Made by a program: the position numbers and the translations under genes
Shown here: in pieces, positions 1 through 8,676 of the stretch
Layout: the number at the start of each line of letters is the position of its first letter
How positions within the stretch are numbered: the stretch's first letter is position 1
Notes under the pieces: model-generated
What the model was told of the DNA's origin: nothing
Database searches by the model: none
What the model saw: only the letters and a program-made list of their open reading frames with translations
From: a virus
DNA: 64,000 nt
Reading direction: 5' to 3' (one strand)
IMG/VR virus record: IMGVR_UViG_3300045988_181613

Positions 1-55
1 GCTCTCTTTTGCAGTGAGAGCATACCTTCAATCCAGTTTCAAAATTTGCTTTCAT
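1..55 (-). CDS. HNH endonuclease paralog, first 18 codons only (gene runs off the window start)
   Basis: ATG at 55..53 overlaps the TGA of the upstream gene (ATGA). Translation MKANFETGLKVCSHCKRE parallels MKANLEIGLKVCSKCRRE at the likely true start of the HNH ORF 23163..23879. Confidence 0.5.
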   Translation of the reverse strand, partial: MKANFETGLKVCSHCKRE

Positions 56-1482
56 ATTGTTTTCGCCTTTACTTTTCTGGAAGTTCCTTTTTCTTTCTTT
101 TCTGGAAGTTCAACTTTAGAAGTCAAGCTATAATAAAGTTCCATTGTTCTACTTCTATCATAAAATTTTCCATGATCATAATCAGAAGCTATCGTAAATA
201 CAGATTGAGAATCTTTATAATCACGAAATTTATCGATAAAGATTCTCATTCTTTTTTCTTTTTTCTCTTGCATTGTCATATTTCCTGTAAATACAAAAGA
301 AAAAGGTTTTACTAATGTTCTATCTCCTTCAGTATTGGAGCGGTCGATAACACGATCTTCGTTATTCCAAACTTCAATTGGAACATCACTCGCTTGTGCT
401 GCTGTAATTACAACGCAATTAAATTCTACTGCAATATCTTTTAATAACTGGGCATTACGTTGTAATTTATGTTTTAAATATTCGGGATCATTATCTATTT
501 TATTATTAGTTCCGGTCTTTGCTAAATCTAATGAATCTAAAATAATTAATCGAGGAGCTCTTTCATATATATTGATATAATCTATAATTAAATTTCTAAT
601 ATCAGTCATAGAGGCTTCTCCGAATTTTGCAAAACCATAAACATCAATGTCTTGCCCGAAAAATTGCATTTCTTTACATGCTTTAAGAATCTTTTCTTCA
701 TCTTCCGGTTTTATATGACCCTTTTTAATATCTATAAAAGATTGATTCGTCCAGATTTGATCATATTTATCTGTACAAGCATCAATACCTCCTTCTAACT
801 GGATATGTAAAACAGGTTCTCCTTCCAGAGCGGCTGAATATCCGTGCCATCGCAAAACTGTTGATTTTCCAATACCGGATCTCATTATCCATAAAACTGT
901 ATCTCCTGGATCTGCTCCTCCATAAGTTAGTTCATCTAATTTGTCAATACCAAATAAAATTTTCTTTTGTGTTTTTGTTGTATTTTGTTCCTCTCTTCTT
1001 GCTCTCATTCTTTCTTTGAAATCAGCAAAAATTCTAACAAAATTTCCTCCCGTTTTTCTTAACGAAATTTTTAAAATCTCTTTGCTTTCTTCTGCATTAA
1101 CTTGGATCGCTTCTTCTTCTTTCCCTTCTTCATAAAGATCATGAACTTTTTTACTAAGAATTTCAAATTCGGTTTTCTTAATAAAAGTTTCTAATTGATC
1201 TATGATTAACTCCTTATCAGCAAGATTTGCTGCTTTTATTTGCTCAATTGTTTCCTGTACTTCTTTGTTATTTGCAAATTTTTGTGCTGCAACACCTAAG
1301 GAAGGTACAGATTCTCTTTTATTAAATTGTTCGACTGCTTCTTTAAAAAGGAACTTATAACCAACCCATTCTTTTGGAATGTGTTGGTAAGTTAAGTGTC
1401 CATTCACCATACGGATAATATTAATATCCAAAAACATGAGTTTAAAAAGCTCTGCTAAAAAATTCGGACTTAATTTCTGCAT
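52..1482 (-). CDS. DnaB / T7 gp4-like RecA-fold helicase (replicative helicase candidate)
   Basis: 476 aa. Walker A-like MRSGIGKST, Walker B-like RLIILDSLDL, and a DnaB C-domain-like stretch ITAAQASD...DRSNTEGDR. Start overlaps the terminase stop. Confidence 0.6.
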   Translation of the reverse strand: MQKLSPNFLAELFKLMFLDINIIRMVNGHLTYQHIPKEWVGYKFLFKEAVEQFNKRESVPSLGVAAQKFANNKEVQETIEQIKAANLADKELIIDQLETFIKKTEFEILSKKVHDLYEEGKEEEAIQVNAEESKEILKISLRKTGGNFVRIFADFKERMRARREEQNTTKTQKKILFGIDKLDELTYGGADPGDTVLWIMRSGIGKSTVLRWHGYSAALEGEPVLHIQLEGGIDACTDKYDQIWTNQSFIDIKKGHIKPEDEEKILKACKEMQFFGQDIDVYGFAKFGEASMTDIRNLIIDYINIYERAPRLIILDSLDLAKTGTNNKIDNDPEYLKHKLQRNAQLLKDIAVEFNCVVITAAQASDVPIEVWNNEDRVIDRSNTEGDRTLVKPFSFVFTGNMTMQEKKEKRMRIFIDKFRDYKDSQSVFTIASDYDHGKFYDRSRTMELYYSLTSKVELPEKKEKGTSRKVKAKTI

Positions 1483-3164
1483 TATACGTAATCTACTTTA
1501 AATGTTACTTTATTATCTTCTCTTAATTTATTTATCGCCATAAAAGAACTTGAGACAATATCATCATGAGCTCCAACTGCTTCAAGTTTCCCTCTATCAC
1601 TACGAAATGTAATAGAAGAAAATTCTCCAAAAACAATTTCAATCATTTTCCGAGTATCTCCATCTTTATATGGCACTCTGATCTGACCTCTTTCAAACAT
1701 AGCAGAAAGACTTGGCCAACCAGAATGAAGATCTTTTTTATTTCCATCAGTTGTTGTGAAACTTTCTATATTTTTCAATCCTCTTTCTCTTGCTAATGCA
1801 GAAAGTATACCTTGAAATCCATTTGCTTCACAAACAATAGTATTTGGTTTAAAAAGACGATCCCAAAGCACAATTTTATCAATCTGTTCATTATGGCTCA
1901 TCCCCTGTTCTCTGTGAACCGCCAATAAATAAAAATTATTCATGGCATCAATTCCCCAAACTGTAAATACAGTAAAGTCAGCTCCAATATTACCGGAAAT
2001 AGCAAAGTCACAGCCAAGAACTACTTTCTTCATCTTAAAAGGAAAAGTATCAATACTCTCCGAAAATGAAATATTTTCCATACCAATAGTTGCTCTCATC
2101 AAATATTCATATGGGAAAATAGTACTGCTATCTGCAATAGGAACTACAAGATACTCACGACTAAATACCATTGTTCCTAATTCTTGCTTCTTTTCTAAAA
2201 GATCTTCAAAAGTATATCTATCTGGTGCCAATGGTCTTCCATCTGGAAATATTACAGGATATTCAAATACAGCGAATCGTTTGTCTGCCTTAATCAAATT
2301 ATATAATTCATTAGGAGCGGTTGCATATGGTGTACCTGTTACAAGTAAATATCCATAGGGTTCAACAATTGGCGTAATTGTTCCTCTAAAAACTTCTTTT
2401 AGTTTTTCTCTCTGTTCATCACTATACAAAGAACTCTCATCTGGTAAGTCATCTACTAAAGCTGCTCCAACATGAAGACCACGAATAAATCCATCTTTAC
2501 CACGAACATGAAGCATTGAACCTGTTTCAGTCTCTAACCCTGTTTCTCCAATTTTTGCTTTACCATTTGGATTAAGTTTTTCGGAAATAATTGGATTCAT
2601 CTGAATTTCTTCAATTATTTTTCCTACATGAACTTTTGCCAAAGTCATTGTATTGGTAATTAAAGCAGTTTCTTTTCGATTCTGATTATCAATTGTATTC
2701 TTTCTATAAAAAGAAGGTCTATAATAAGAATACAATCTCCAAAGAATAAAAGAATATGCCCATTGATAGGATTTTCCAGATCCACGAGAACAAAGATATC
2801 CTGACCAAGGAAATAACTGAGTTAAATTCCCCCATTCAAGATTTCTCCATCCCATTAAGAAGTTTGTTAAAACTGTTGCATTAAAGTAATTCCATGACAT
2901 TACTCTAAGCTGTTCATCCATTGTTGCTTTGACGCACTCCACATAATTTAATAATTCTGAATCTAAACTCTTTCCAAGATTCAAAGATAATTCAGTGGAA
3001 CGTTGCATTTCTATGATCATTGCATCAATGTCATAAGAATATCCGCCAAGAAGTTCATTTAATGCAGCAGGTGGCAAACGCTCGATAATATCTGATACCG
3101 TTGCATTTATTCTTTCAGCTTGCATAGCTGATAAAACCAGTTTTCCATCAAACGATTTTATCAT
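1482..3164 (-). CDS. terL: terminase large subunit
   Basis: 560 aa. P-loop-like CSRGSGKSYQWAY, Walker B-like AALVDDLPDE, and C-terminal RNase H-like nuclease acidic motifs (LGCDFAISG, GAHDDIVSS). Confidence 0.85.
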   Translation of the reverse strand: MIKSFDGKLVLSAMQAERINATVSDIIERLPPAALNELLGGYSYDIDAMIIEMQRSTELSLNLGKSLDSELLNYVECVKATMDEQLRVMSWNYFNATVLTNFLMGWRNLEWGNLTQLFPWSGYLCSRGSGKSYQWAYSFILWRLYSYYRPSFYRKNTIDNQNRKETALITNTMTLAKVHVGKIIEEIQMNPIISEKLNPNGKAKIGETGLETETGSMLHVRGKDGFIRGLHVGAALVDDLPDESSLYSDEQREKLKEVFRGTITPIVEPYGYLLVTGTPYATAPNELYNLIKADKRFAVFEYPVIFPDGRPLAPDRYTFEDLLEKKQELGTMVFSREYLVVPIADSSTIFPYEYLMRATIGMENISFSESIDTFPFKMKKVVLGCDFAISGNIGADFTVFTVWGIDAMNNFYLLAVHREQGMSHNEQIDKIVLWDRLFKPNTIVCEANGFQGILSALARERGLKNIESFTTTDGNKKDLHSGWPSLSAMFERGQIRVPYKDGDTRKMIEIVFGEFSSITFRSDRGKLEAVGAHDDIVSSSFMAINKLREDNKVTFKVDYV

Positions 3165-3811
3165 AATAATTGAAACTTTTCTCTATAACGAGGTCCCTTG
3201 GCTTCAACATTGTTTGAAGTTCCCTCTCCACGAAGTTTTTTTATGTATTCAATAAATAAGTTAGCCGTTGCTCTTGTATCTGTACTACTTCGGTGTGCAT
3301 CAACAAGATCAATTCCAAATTTTGCACAACAAGTATGTAATTTATAATCAGTAGATTCTAAAAACGCCATATGAGCGATTTGCATAGTATCTAACCAATA
3401 TTTTACATATTCTGACAAATCTTTTTCCATATAGGAGAAGAAATTATCAATAAAAGGTTTATCGAATTGATAATTATGTGCGACCATAGTGATTCCTTGT
3501 CTCGGATTTTTATACTTCTTAAATAAATCCAAAACCATTGACATACACTCCTTTAATGGTTTTCCATTTGCCTGACGAACTGCTTTTGTAATTTTATGAA
3601 CCTCTTCTGCTTGTGGAGAATAAATTAAGTTTTCTTTGTATTCATCTGGAAGCATAATATCTATTTCTTCGCAAATAGAAAGACTTTCCATATCCACTAC
3701 ACACGCAGTCATTTCTATCAGAGGAATTTCATAAAAAGCTCTTTTCTCTTTAGAAGGCAATCCTCCAGTTTCTGTATCTGTAACAATTACATACTTACTT
3801 GATGTTTTCAT
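3161..3811 (-). CDS. DEDDh 3'-5' exonuclease (DnaQ-like)
   Basis: 216 aa. ExoI VTDTETGG, ExoII HNYQFDKPF, ExoIII HRSSTDTRAT. Confidence 0.8.
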   Translation of the reverse strand: MKTSSKYVIVTDTETGGLPSKEKRAFYEIPLIEMTACVVDMESLSICEEIDIMLPDEYKENLIYSPQAEEVHKITKAVRQANGKPLKECMSMVLDLFKKYKNPRQGITMVAHNYQFDKPFIDNFFSYMEKDLSEYVKYWLDTMQIAHMAFLESTDYKLHTCCAKFGIDLVDAHRSSTDTRATANLFIEYIKKLRGEGTSNNVEAKGPRYREKFQLL

Positions 3812-3891
3812 ATCTTAAAAATTATGTTAATTAAAATTGCAAGTATAATCAAACATATACCCAAAATTATATTTTCTTTCTTTTTCTTCTT

Positions 3892-4101
3892 TCACTTTAC
3901 AATACTATATAACCGGATGCTACAATTAGGTTTATAATCTCTTATTATAGAATTATCTCCCATATAAGAAGGCAATTTACCTCGTTCTATATATCCTAAA
4001 ACATCCCTTCTACTAAATTTTCCTCCTGATTTCTTTTTATAGTTCTCATTTAGAAATTTAGTTAATCCTGTTAAATTTGCATTTTCAATTAAAAATTCCA
4101 T
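3892..4101 (-). CDS. hypothetical protein
   Basis: 69-aa ORF whose start shares one base with the stop of 4101..4520 (operon packing). No recognisable motif. Confidence 0.5.
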   Translation of the reverse strand: MEFLIENANLTGLTKFLNENYKKKSGGKFSRRDVLGYIERGKLPSYMGDNSIIRDYKPNCSIRLYSIVK

Positions 4102-4520
4102 TAGCCTAAAATCATTCTTAGCCGGGCATAATCCCGATCACGAAGTCTATCATCGTCATAAAGCAGAACAATGTTTTTAAGAGGATTATCTTTCATGTTC
4201 ACTTCCTCTGGCATTTCATTAATTATCAATGCCGCTTTATTTGCTCTCCATGTTCGATAAGCATTGACGATATGAAATCTCATCGCTAAAAATTGAGAAT
4301 CATCTCCAAATGCAACCATTCTTCGTTTCTTCTCACCTTCAAAATTTAGCCATTTGTTTTCTTCTGCCAAAAGATCATCTATTGATTCCTGACTTGCATC
4401 TGTATCACGAACTCTTTTTAAAAGCTTCGCAAAATTTACTAAACCAGTATCACTAAAAATATCGATACAAATATCGATAACTTGTTCAAATTCTTCTTTT
4501 TTCATATTATTCCCTTTCAT
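4101..4520 (-). CDS. hypothetical protein
   Basis: 139-aa ORF packed tightly against both neighbours. No recognisable motif. Confidence 0.6.
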   Translation of the reverse strand: MKGNNMKKEEFEQVIDICIDIFSDTGLVNFAKLLKRVRDTDASQESIDDLLAEENKWLNFEGEKKRRMVAFGDDSQFLAMRFHIVNAYRTWRANKAALIINEMPEEVNMKDNPLKNIVLLYDDDRLRDRDYARLRMILG

Positions 4521-4857
4521 TAAAATCTCTCATTTTATGACACGCAGAACATAATAATTCGATATTATTTTTATCCATTTTTAATTCTGGATGTGCGCCT
4601 CTTGATTTTATATGTGAAAAGAAAATCGGTTGTGGATCTTCACCTAAATTCTTTCCACATTGAACACACTTATGAGGACGTTCGTTCCATATTTCTAAAA
4701 ATAAAGAACGTAAATCACCCCTTCGTTCTTTAGTCGTCTCTCTGTCGCACTCTTCACATAACCATTTTGATCTATTATAGATTAAATGATTAGTTTTGCA
4801 TCTAATACAGGGACGTGTTTCTTCTTTGATTTTCTTCTTATACATTTTCTTCAACAA
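4507..4857 (-). CDS. HNH / NinG-like zinc-ribbon nuclease
   Basis: 116 aa. Two CxxC pairs are followed by SHIKSRGAHPELKMDKNNIELLCSACH, which has H-N-H spacing. Confidence 0.5.
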   Translation of the reverse strand: MLKKMYKKKIKEETRPCIRCKTNHLIYNRSKWLCEECDRETTKERRGDLRSLFLEIWNERPHKCVQCGKNLGEDPQPIFFSHIKSRGAHPELKMDKNNIELLCSACHKMRDFNERE

Positions 4858-5068
4858 AAGAGTTTCTTACATGATAAAATTTGCCTCTATATAAAGAAAG
4901 AATCCAATTACCGCTTCTGCAAAGAATTGAGCCATCATCTCTACACAAAACTTTCTTTTTAGGATTACTTTTTAGAGGCAAATATACCCACATACCTTTC
5001 TCAAACTTTTCCTTTTCAGTTAAAGAGTTAATATATGCTTGTCTCTTCTTTCTTTTTTTCTTCCCCAT
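4838..5068 (-). CDS. hypothetical protein
   Basis: 76-aa ORF with a basic N-terminus. It overlaps both neighbours, so the start is uncertain. Confidence 0.4.
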   Translation of the reverse strand: MGKKKRKKRQAYINSLTEKEKFEKGMWVYLPLKSNPKKKVLCRDDGSILCRSGNWILSLYRGKFYHVRNSFVEENV

Positions 5069-5327
5069 GGCTATATGCTTTTAATTCTTCCATCATTGTA
5101 TCTACGTATTTCTCTCGATCAAAAACTTTTGGAAATCGTCTTGGTAGTCTAATACAACTAACTACTTCTGGAACTTCTTTACTTAAATCCCATGTCGTTT
5201 GCACAGCAATATCATCGCCTCTACCAAAATCAATGCCCATTATAATCTTTCGTGATTTGTTGGATAACATTACGTAATCACCAGACCAATAAGTTCTTAC
5301 TGGATTTCTTTCTAATAATACTTCCAT
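5028..5327 (-). CDS. hypothetical protein
   Basis: I moved the start from the track's upstream codon to internal MEVLLERNP at 5327, directly after the stop of 5329..5622. Confidence 0.5.
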   Translation of the reverse strand: MEVLLERNPVRTYWSGDYVMLSNKSRKIIMGIDFGRGDDIAVQTTWDLSKEVPEVVSCIRLPRRFPKVFDREKYVDTMMEELKAYSHGEEKKKEETSIY

Positions 5328-5328
5328 A

Positions 5329-5622
5329 TTATACCTCTCTTTCTTGCATTGGTTCCCAAGGTCCTCTCTCACCTATATGATAATATGCTTCGTTAATAGA
5401 TCCAAATACTGCATCAAAATGCATATCTCTTTCTCCATCATAAAACCAATCAGTTTCCCATTTTTGAGAAAAGTAAGATCTTCTTTCTACTCTGTAACTC
5501 ACTTCGCCAGTTCTCTTATTGATCTCTTTTATAATCCTTTTAGGAGGGTCATAAACAAATGCTGCAATTATAACAGGAATTGCAATCATCACTAAAATTC
5601 CAAAAATTTGTGTCCAATCCAT
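5329..5622 (-). CDS. hypothetical membrane protein
   Basis: 97 aa with an N-terminal TM helix IFGILVMIAIPVIIAAFVY. Confidence 0.55.
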   Translation of the reverse strand: MDWTQIFGILVMIAIPVIIAAFVYDPPKRIIKEINKRTGEVSYRVERRSYFSQKWETDWFYDGERDMHFDAVFGSINEAYYHIGERGPWEPMQEREV

Positions 5623-5623
5623 A

Positions 5624-5878
5624 TCAAAATTCTTTATAATTTATTAGCTCTCTATTTGATTTATCGTAAATGAATGCAAATTTACAATCATTATCTGATA
5701 ACATATCTAAATATGCCTTGGCTTCAGAGTGCGTTTTTGCCTCAATTGATTTATCTTTCACTATCGCAAGATAACTTCTTACCCATTCTCTCATAGCAAT
5801 GCTATCTATTGCTCTTGTCCCGTAACTGGGAATAGGTCTAAAATGTACCCAGGCTACTATATAACGATTATTTCCCAT
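5624..5878 (-). CDS. hypothetical protein
   Basis: 84-aa ORF. Its ATG lies 18 nt downstream of the tnpB stop. Confidence 0.55.
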   Translation of the reverse strand: MGNNRYIVAWVHFRPIPSYGTRAIDSIAMREWVRSYLAIVKDKSIEAKTHSEAKAYLDMLSDNDCKFAFIYDKSNRELINYKEF

Positions 5879-5879
5879 A

Positions 5880-6030
5880 TATGTATCACTAGTGAACTAC
5901 CCACGAACTAAAGATTCGTGGGCTTCTTGGGCTGAGTGAGCATCCTCACTCATATCTCCACAAGCGTAGATTTCGGTCGTTCCAACCGTATTTATGTTTC
6001 TGAAAGCGAATCTCTTGATGTTGTTAGCGG
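5880..6030 (-). ncRNA. candidate omega (right-end) guide RNA of TnpB
   Basis: In characterised TnpB systems the guide RNA is transcribed from the 3' end of tnpB through the right-end hairpin (5900..5922 here). The boundaries given are a guess. Confidence 0.3.
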
Positions 6031-7096
6031 CAAGCAAATCTCTATCGTGTATTGAGCCACATTTGGGGCATATCCATTCTCGCATAGCAAGAGTAAGATT
6101 GTGATTGATATATCCACAAGTACACATCTTAGAACTTGGTTCAAAGCGACCAATGCGAAGGATATTCACTCCTCGTTCTTTTGCTTTATATTCCAATAGT
6201 GTGTTGAATGTCCCTATGGCAATATCCTCAAGTACTTGAGCAAGGTGGTGGTTTTTGACCATACCTTTTACATTCAAGTCCTCAAGACAAATAGTGTCGT
6301 AGTTGTTTACAAGATAGGAAGTAACCTTGTGCAAGAAGTCGTTTCTTCTATTAGTTACTTGCTCGTGTGCTAACGCCAACTTTCTTCTCGCTTTATATCT
6401 ATTCTTAGAACCTTTGTTTTTGTGAGATAGTGAGCGTTGAAGTTTCTTGACCTTATCGAGTGATTGCTTTAAGTGTTTAGGATTAGGTATTTCAGTCCCA
6501 TCGGAAAGGACAGCGAATGTTTTAATACCGAGGTCTATACCAACTGTTTTGTTCTCGCAAATTGGCTTCATAGGCACATCGGGTTTATTCACTTCCACAA
6601 GAATTGAAACGAAATACTTGCCTGTCGCAGTTCTTGAAATAGTAGAAGATTTCACTATACCTTCAAATGTACGATGAAACTTAGTCTTGATACCACCCTT
6701 GAACTTTGGAATGAATATGCGACCATTTTCAAAATCTACCCTTGTGTTTTGAGGTATAGAGAAACTTTGCTTGCTATCTTTCTTAGACTTGAATCTTGGG
6801 AAACCTTTGTGTTCTCTAAAGAACTTAGTATAGGCTGAATCAAGATTGGCAAGTGAGGCTTGAAGTGAAAGCGAATTAACCTCTTTCAACCAACAATACT
6901 CTTCTGACTTCTTCATCTTCGGCAAGTCCGCTTGAATATCGAAACGAGAAAGATTAGTTTTATCGATTTGATACGCTCTCACTTTCTTGTCAAGAGCATA
7001 GTTATAGATGAAACGACAAGAACCAAGATGCTTTGCTATAAGCACCTTCTGCTCCTCGTTCGGATATAATCTATATTTATATGCTCTGTATTTCAT
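5897..7096 (-). CDS. tnpB: TnpB RNA-guided endonuclease (IS605 OrfB family)
   Basis: The true start is probably MKYRAYKYRLYPN at 7096; the track ORF begins at an upstream GTG inside the left end. Motifs: RuvC-I VGIDLGIKTFA, RuvC-II ICLEDLNVKGM, zinc finger CTCG...CPKCG, RuvC-III HDRDLLAANNI. Confidence 0.9.
   Translation of the reverse strand: MKYRAYKYRLYPNEEQKVLIAKHLGSCRFIYNYALDKKVRAYQIDKTNLSRFDIQADLPKMKKSEEYCWLKEVNSLSLQASLANLDSAYTKFFREHKGFPRFKSKKDSKQSFSIPQNTRVDFENGRIFIPKFKGGIKTKFHRTFEGIVKSSTISRTATGKYFVSILVEVNKPDVPMKPICENKTVGIDLGIKTFAVLSDGTEIPNPKHLKQSLDKVKKLQRSLSHKNKGSKNRYKARRKLALAHEQVTNRRNDFLHKVTSYLVNNYDTICLEDLNVKGMVKNHHLAQVLEDIAIGTFNTLLEYKAKERGVNILRIGRFEPSSKMCTCGYINHNLTLAMREWICPKCGSIHDRDLLAANNIKRFAFRNINTVGTTEIYACGDMSEDAHSAQEAHESLVRG
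5900..5922 (-). repeat. IS right-end hairpin (8-bp stem, loop TCTTTAG)
   Basis: Perfect stem CCCACGAA/TTCGTGGG. It overlaps the last tnpB codons and ends immediately before the TAG stop (5897..5899). Confidence 0.8.
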
Positions 7097-7194
7097 ATTG
7101 CAAATATACAACAATTTAACAACAACTACAAGAAAATCTAAAAAAAAGTTTAGGATATATAGAGAAAAACAACTAAATTTGTGACGCAATTCAT

Positions 7195-7218
7195 CCACAC
7201 AGGCTAAAGACCTGTGGG
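7195..7218 (-). repeat. IS left-end hairpin (loop TCTTTAG)
   Basis: Stem CCCACAGG/CCTGTGTGG with one bulge and the same loop as the right-end hairpin. It lies 8 nt from the TAG of ORF 7227..7463. Confidence 0.75.
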
Positions 7219-7226
7219 ATTTCTTG

Positions 7227-7463
7227 CTAAAGCAGTATTAAAATTGTCATTAATATAACAGTCGCTCCTAACAAACGAACAGCAAAATTTTCAATCATTT
7301 GCTCTCTACTTATCTTAAAGTTCTCAATACTTGAACATCTGCATGTCAAATGAATCTTTAGCCAAAAGAAAGTTTCTACTGTATTCTTCCAGTCTCCTTG
7401 CAGAAAACACTTCGTCATCCATCCTACAAGCCAAAGAAAATGTTTTATCCATTCATATATCAT
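7227..7463 (-). CDS. hypothetical protein (C-terminal TM helix); stop abuts the IS left end
   Basis: 78-aa ORF with an ATG at 7463. Its C-terminus is LLGATVILMTILILL and its TAG lies next to the IS hairpin. Confidence 0.4.
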   Translation of the reverse strand: MIYEWIKHFLWLVGWMTKCFLQGDWKNTVETFFWLKIHLTCRCSSIENFKISREQMIENFAVRLLGATVILMTILILL

Positions 7464-7494
7464 TGTTTCAATCTACACTCCTTTATGGGTGCTG

Positions 7495-7992
7495 TTATAA
7501 ATTAGAATTATTACTACATATATAATTAAACTTACATCTCATACATTTACCTCGATTGTAAAGAATTCCATTAAAAGATGAACAAATTATGTAACCTCTT
7601 GGGGTTCCAAAATATTTTTGTCTTTGTTCATCTAAATATACTTCTGATAAAACACAAGATTGCTTAATTGGATTACTTAAATTATGATCCATTTGAAATT
7701 TACTTGTAAAATAAATTTGCTGTGAATCTCTTTCTTTATACGCTTTATATGCGTTTTCACTTGTAAATTGATTGAACGGTATAATTTTATAACGATTATA
7801 CTTAGATGTTCTTAAAACAAAAATAAACGTTATAAAATTATACATAGGAAGGATAAGATCAGTATGCTTATCTAAAAAGCTTTTCACCTTTTTAGCATTA
7901 TCTCTTTTTTTAAGAAGAGAATAGCCTGGATTACTGATTAATGATCCTTGTATATATTCATATATTTCAATAAATTCTTCTTCTGGTAACAT
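7495..7992 (-). CDS. hypothetical protein
   Basis: 165-aa ORF with a Cys-rich C-terminus (CMRCKFNYIC). No family recognised. Confidence 0.55.
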   Translation of the reverse strand: MLPEEEFIEIYEYIQGSLISNPGYSLLKKRDNAKKVKSFLDKHTDLILPMYNFITFIFVLRTSKYNRYKIIPFNQFTSENAYKAYKERDSQQIYFTSKFQMDHNLSNPIKQSCVLSEVYLDEQRQKYFGTPRGYIICSSFNGILYNRGKCMRCKFNYICSNNSNL

Positions 7993-8015
7993 CTGGTTAT
8001 TTCTTTAATTAAAAG

Positions 8016-8039
8016 AAAAGGATGAGCTATCATCCTTTT
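8016..8039 (-). terminator. intrinsic terminator-like hairpin (10-bp stem, 4-nt loop)
   Basis: AAAAGGATGA-GCTA-TCATCCTTTT, followed on the minus strand by CTTTTAATT. It sits between a promoter box and the ATG at 7992. Confidence 0.6.
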
Positions 8040-8047
8040 CAGCATTA

Positions 8048-8056
8048 TAAAGATAC
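8048..8056 (-). promoter_or_regulatory. -7 promoter box GTATCTTTA
   Basis: Minus-strand GTATCTTTA, 55 nt upstream of the ATG at 7992. One member of a family of more than 20 copies. Confidence 0.5.
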
Positions 8057-8097
8057 AAACAATAATTATAAAAACAATCGAAATGGTTATGCTTTTA

Positions 8098-8673
8098 TCA
8101 TGTCCAGCTGATTTGAAGATCAATTAATTCTTCAGTCTCCTTTTCTTTCGGCTTATATCTACTACTGAAATAAACAGCATTTGGAATTTTTTCTGCCACA
8201 TCATTATAATCTGCTTTTATTACTTCTGAATCTAAAATCCTTGCAAACCATAAACCAATAGATTTTCCGGGTTCTAATGATCCAATAGATACCTTTGACT
8301 CAACATTTGCTGGATATAATTGTGTATAAAAAGGTTTGCTATAAATAGTAGGAATATTTTCCATAATAGGATTTCCATCAGCATCTGTATTCATAATTAC
8401 AGCTCCGATCAAAAAATCACAATACAGGGTTTTCGTTCTTGAAGAATCAAACCAAAACTCCACATCATTGGCTGTCTCCGGAAGTTCATTTACCAGAACC
8501 AAAGCCCTATACTGAGTTTTAGCCTGTTTCATCCCATACAAACTTAAATCATCAAATAAATTACCAAAACTGTCATTTGGTATTGGAGTTGATGATTTAT
8601 ATCCTCCCAATGAATTAGTTGGGATTAACTGTGCTGCATCATAGCCTGCTGTTGTAGTATAATATAGTTTCAT
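8098..8673 (-). CDS. hypothetical virion protein (fibre module)
   Basis: 191-aa ORF packed directly behind the fibre genes. Assigned by position only. Confidence 0.5.
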   Translation of the reverse strand: MKLYYTTTAGYDAAQLIPTNSLGGYKSSTPIPNDSFGNLFDDLSLYGMKQAKTQYRALVLVNELPETANDVEFWFDSSRTKTLYCDFLIGAVIMNTDADGNPIMENIPTIYSKPFYTQLYPANVESKVSIGSLEPGKSIGLWFARILDSEVIKADYNDVAEKIPNAVYFSSRYKPKEKETEELIDLQISWT

Positions 8674-8676
8674 CTT

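Larger units (their letters stand above)
5880..7226 (-). mobile_element. IS200/IS605-family element carrying only tnpB (IS1341-like organisation)
   Basis: tnpB is flanked by two related subterminal hairpins with an identical 7-nt loop. On the minus strand these read CCCACAGG-TCTTTAG-CCTGTGTGG (7218..7195) and CCCACGAA-TCTTTAG-TTCGTGGG (5922..5900). GC is locally higher and there is no tnpA. The exact ends cannot be determined. Confidence 0.7.

Noticed and set aside
7938-8123. 61-aa ORF spanning the promoter box and hairpin at 8016..8056
   Set aside because: It overlaps the ends of two better-supported genes and consists of regulatory sequence read as protein.
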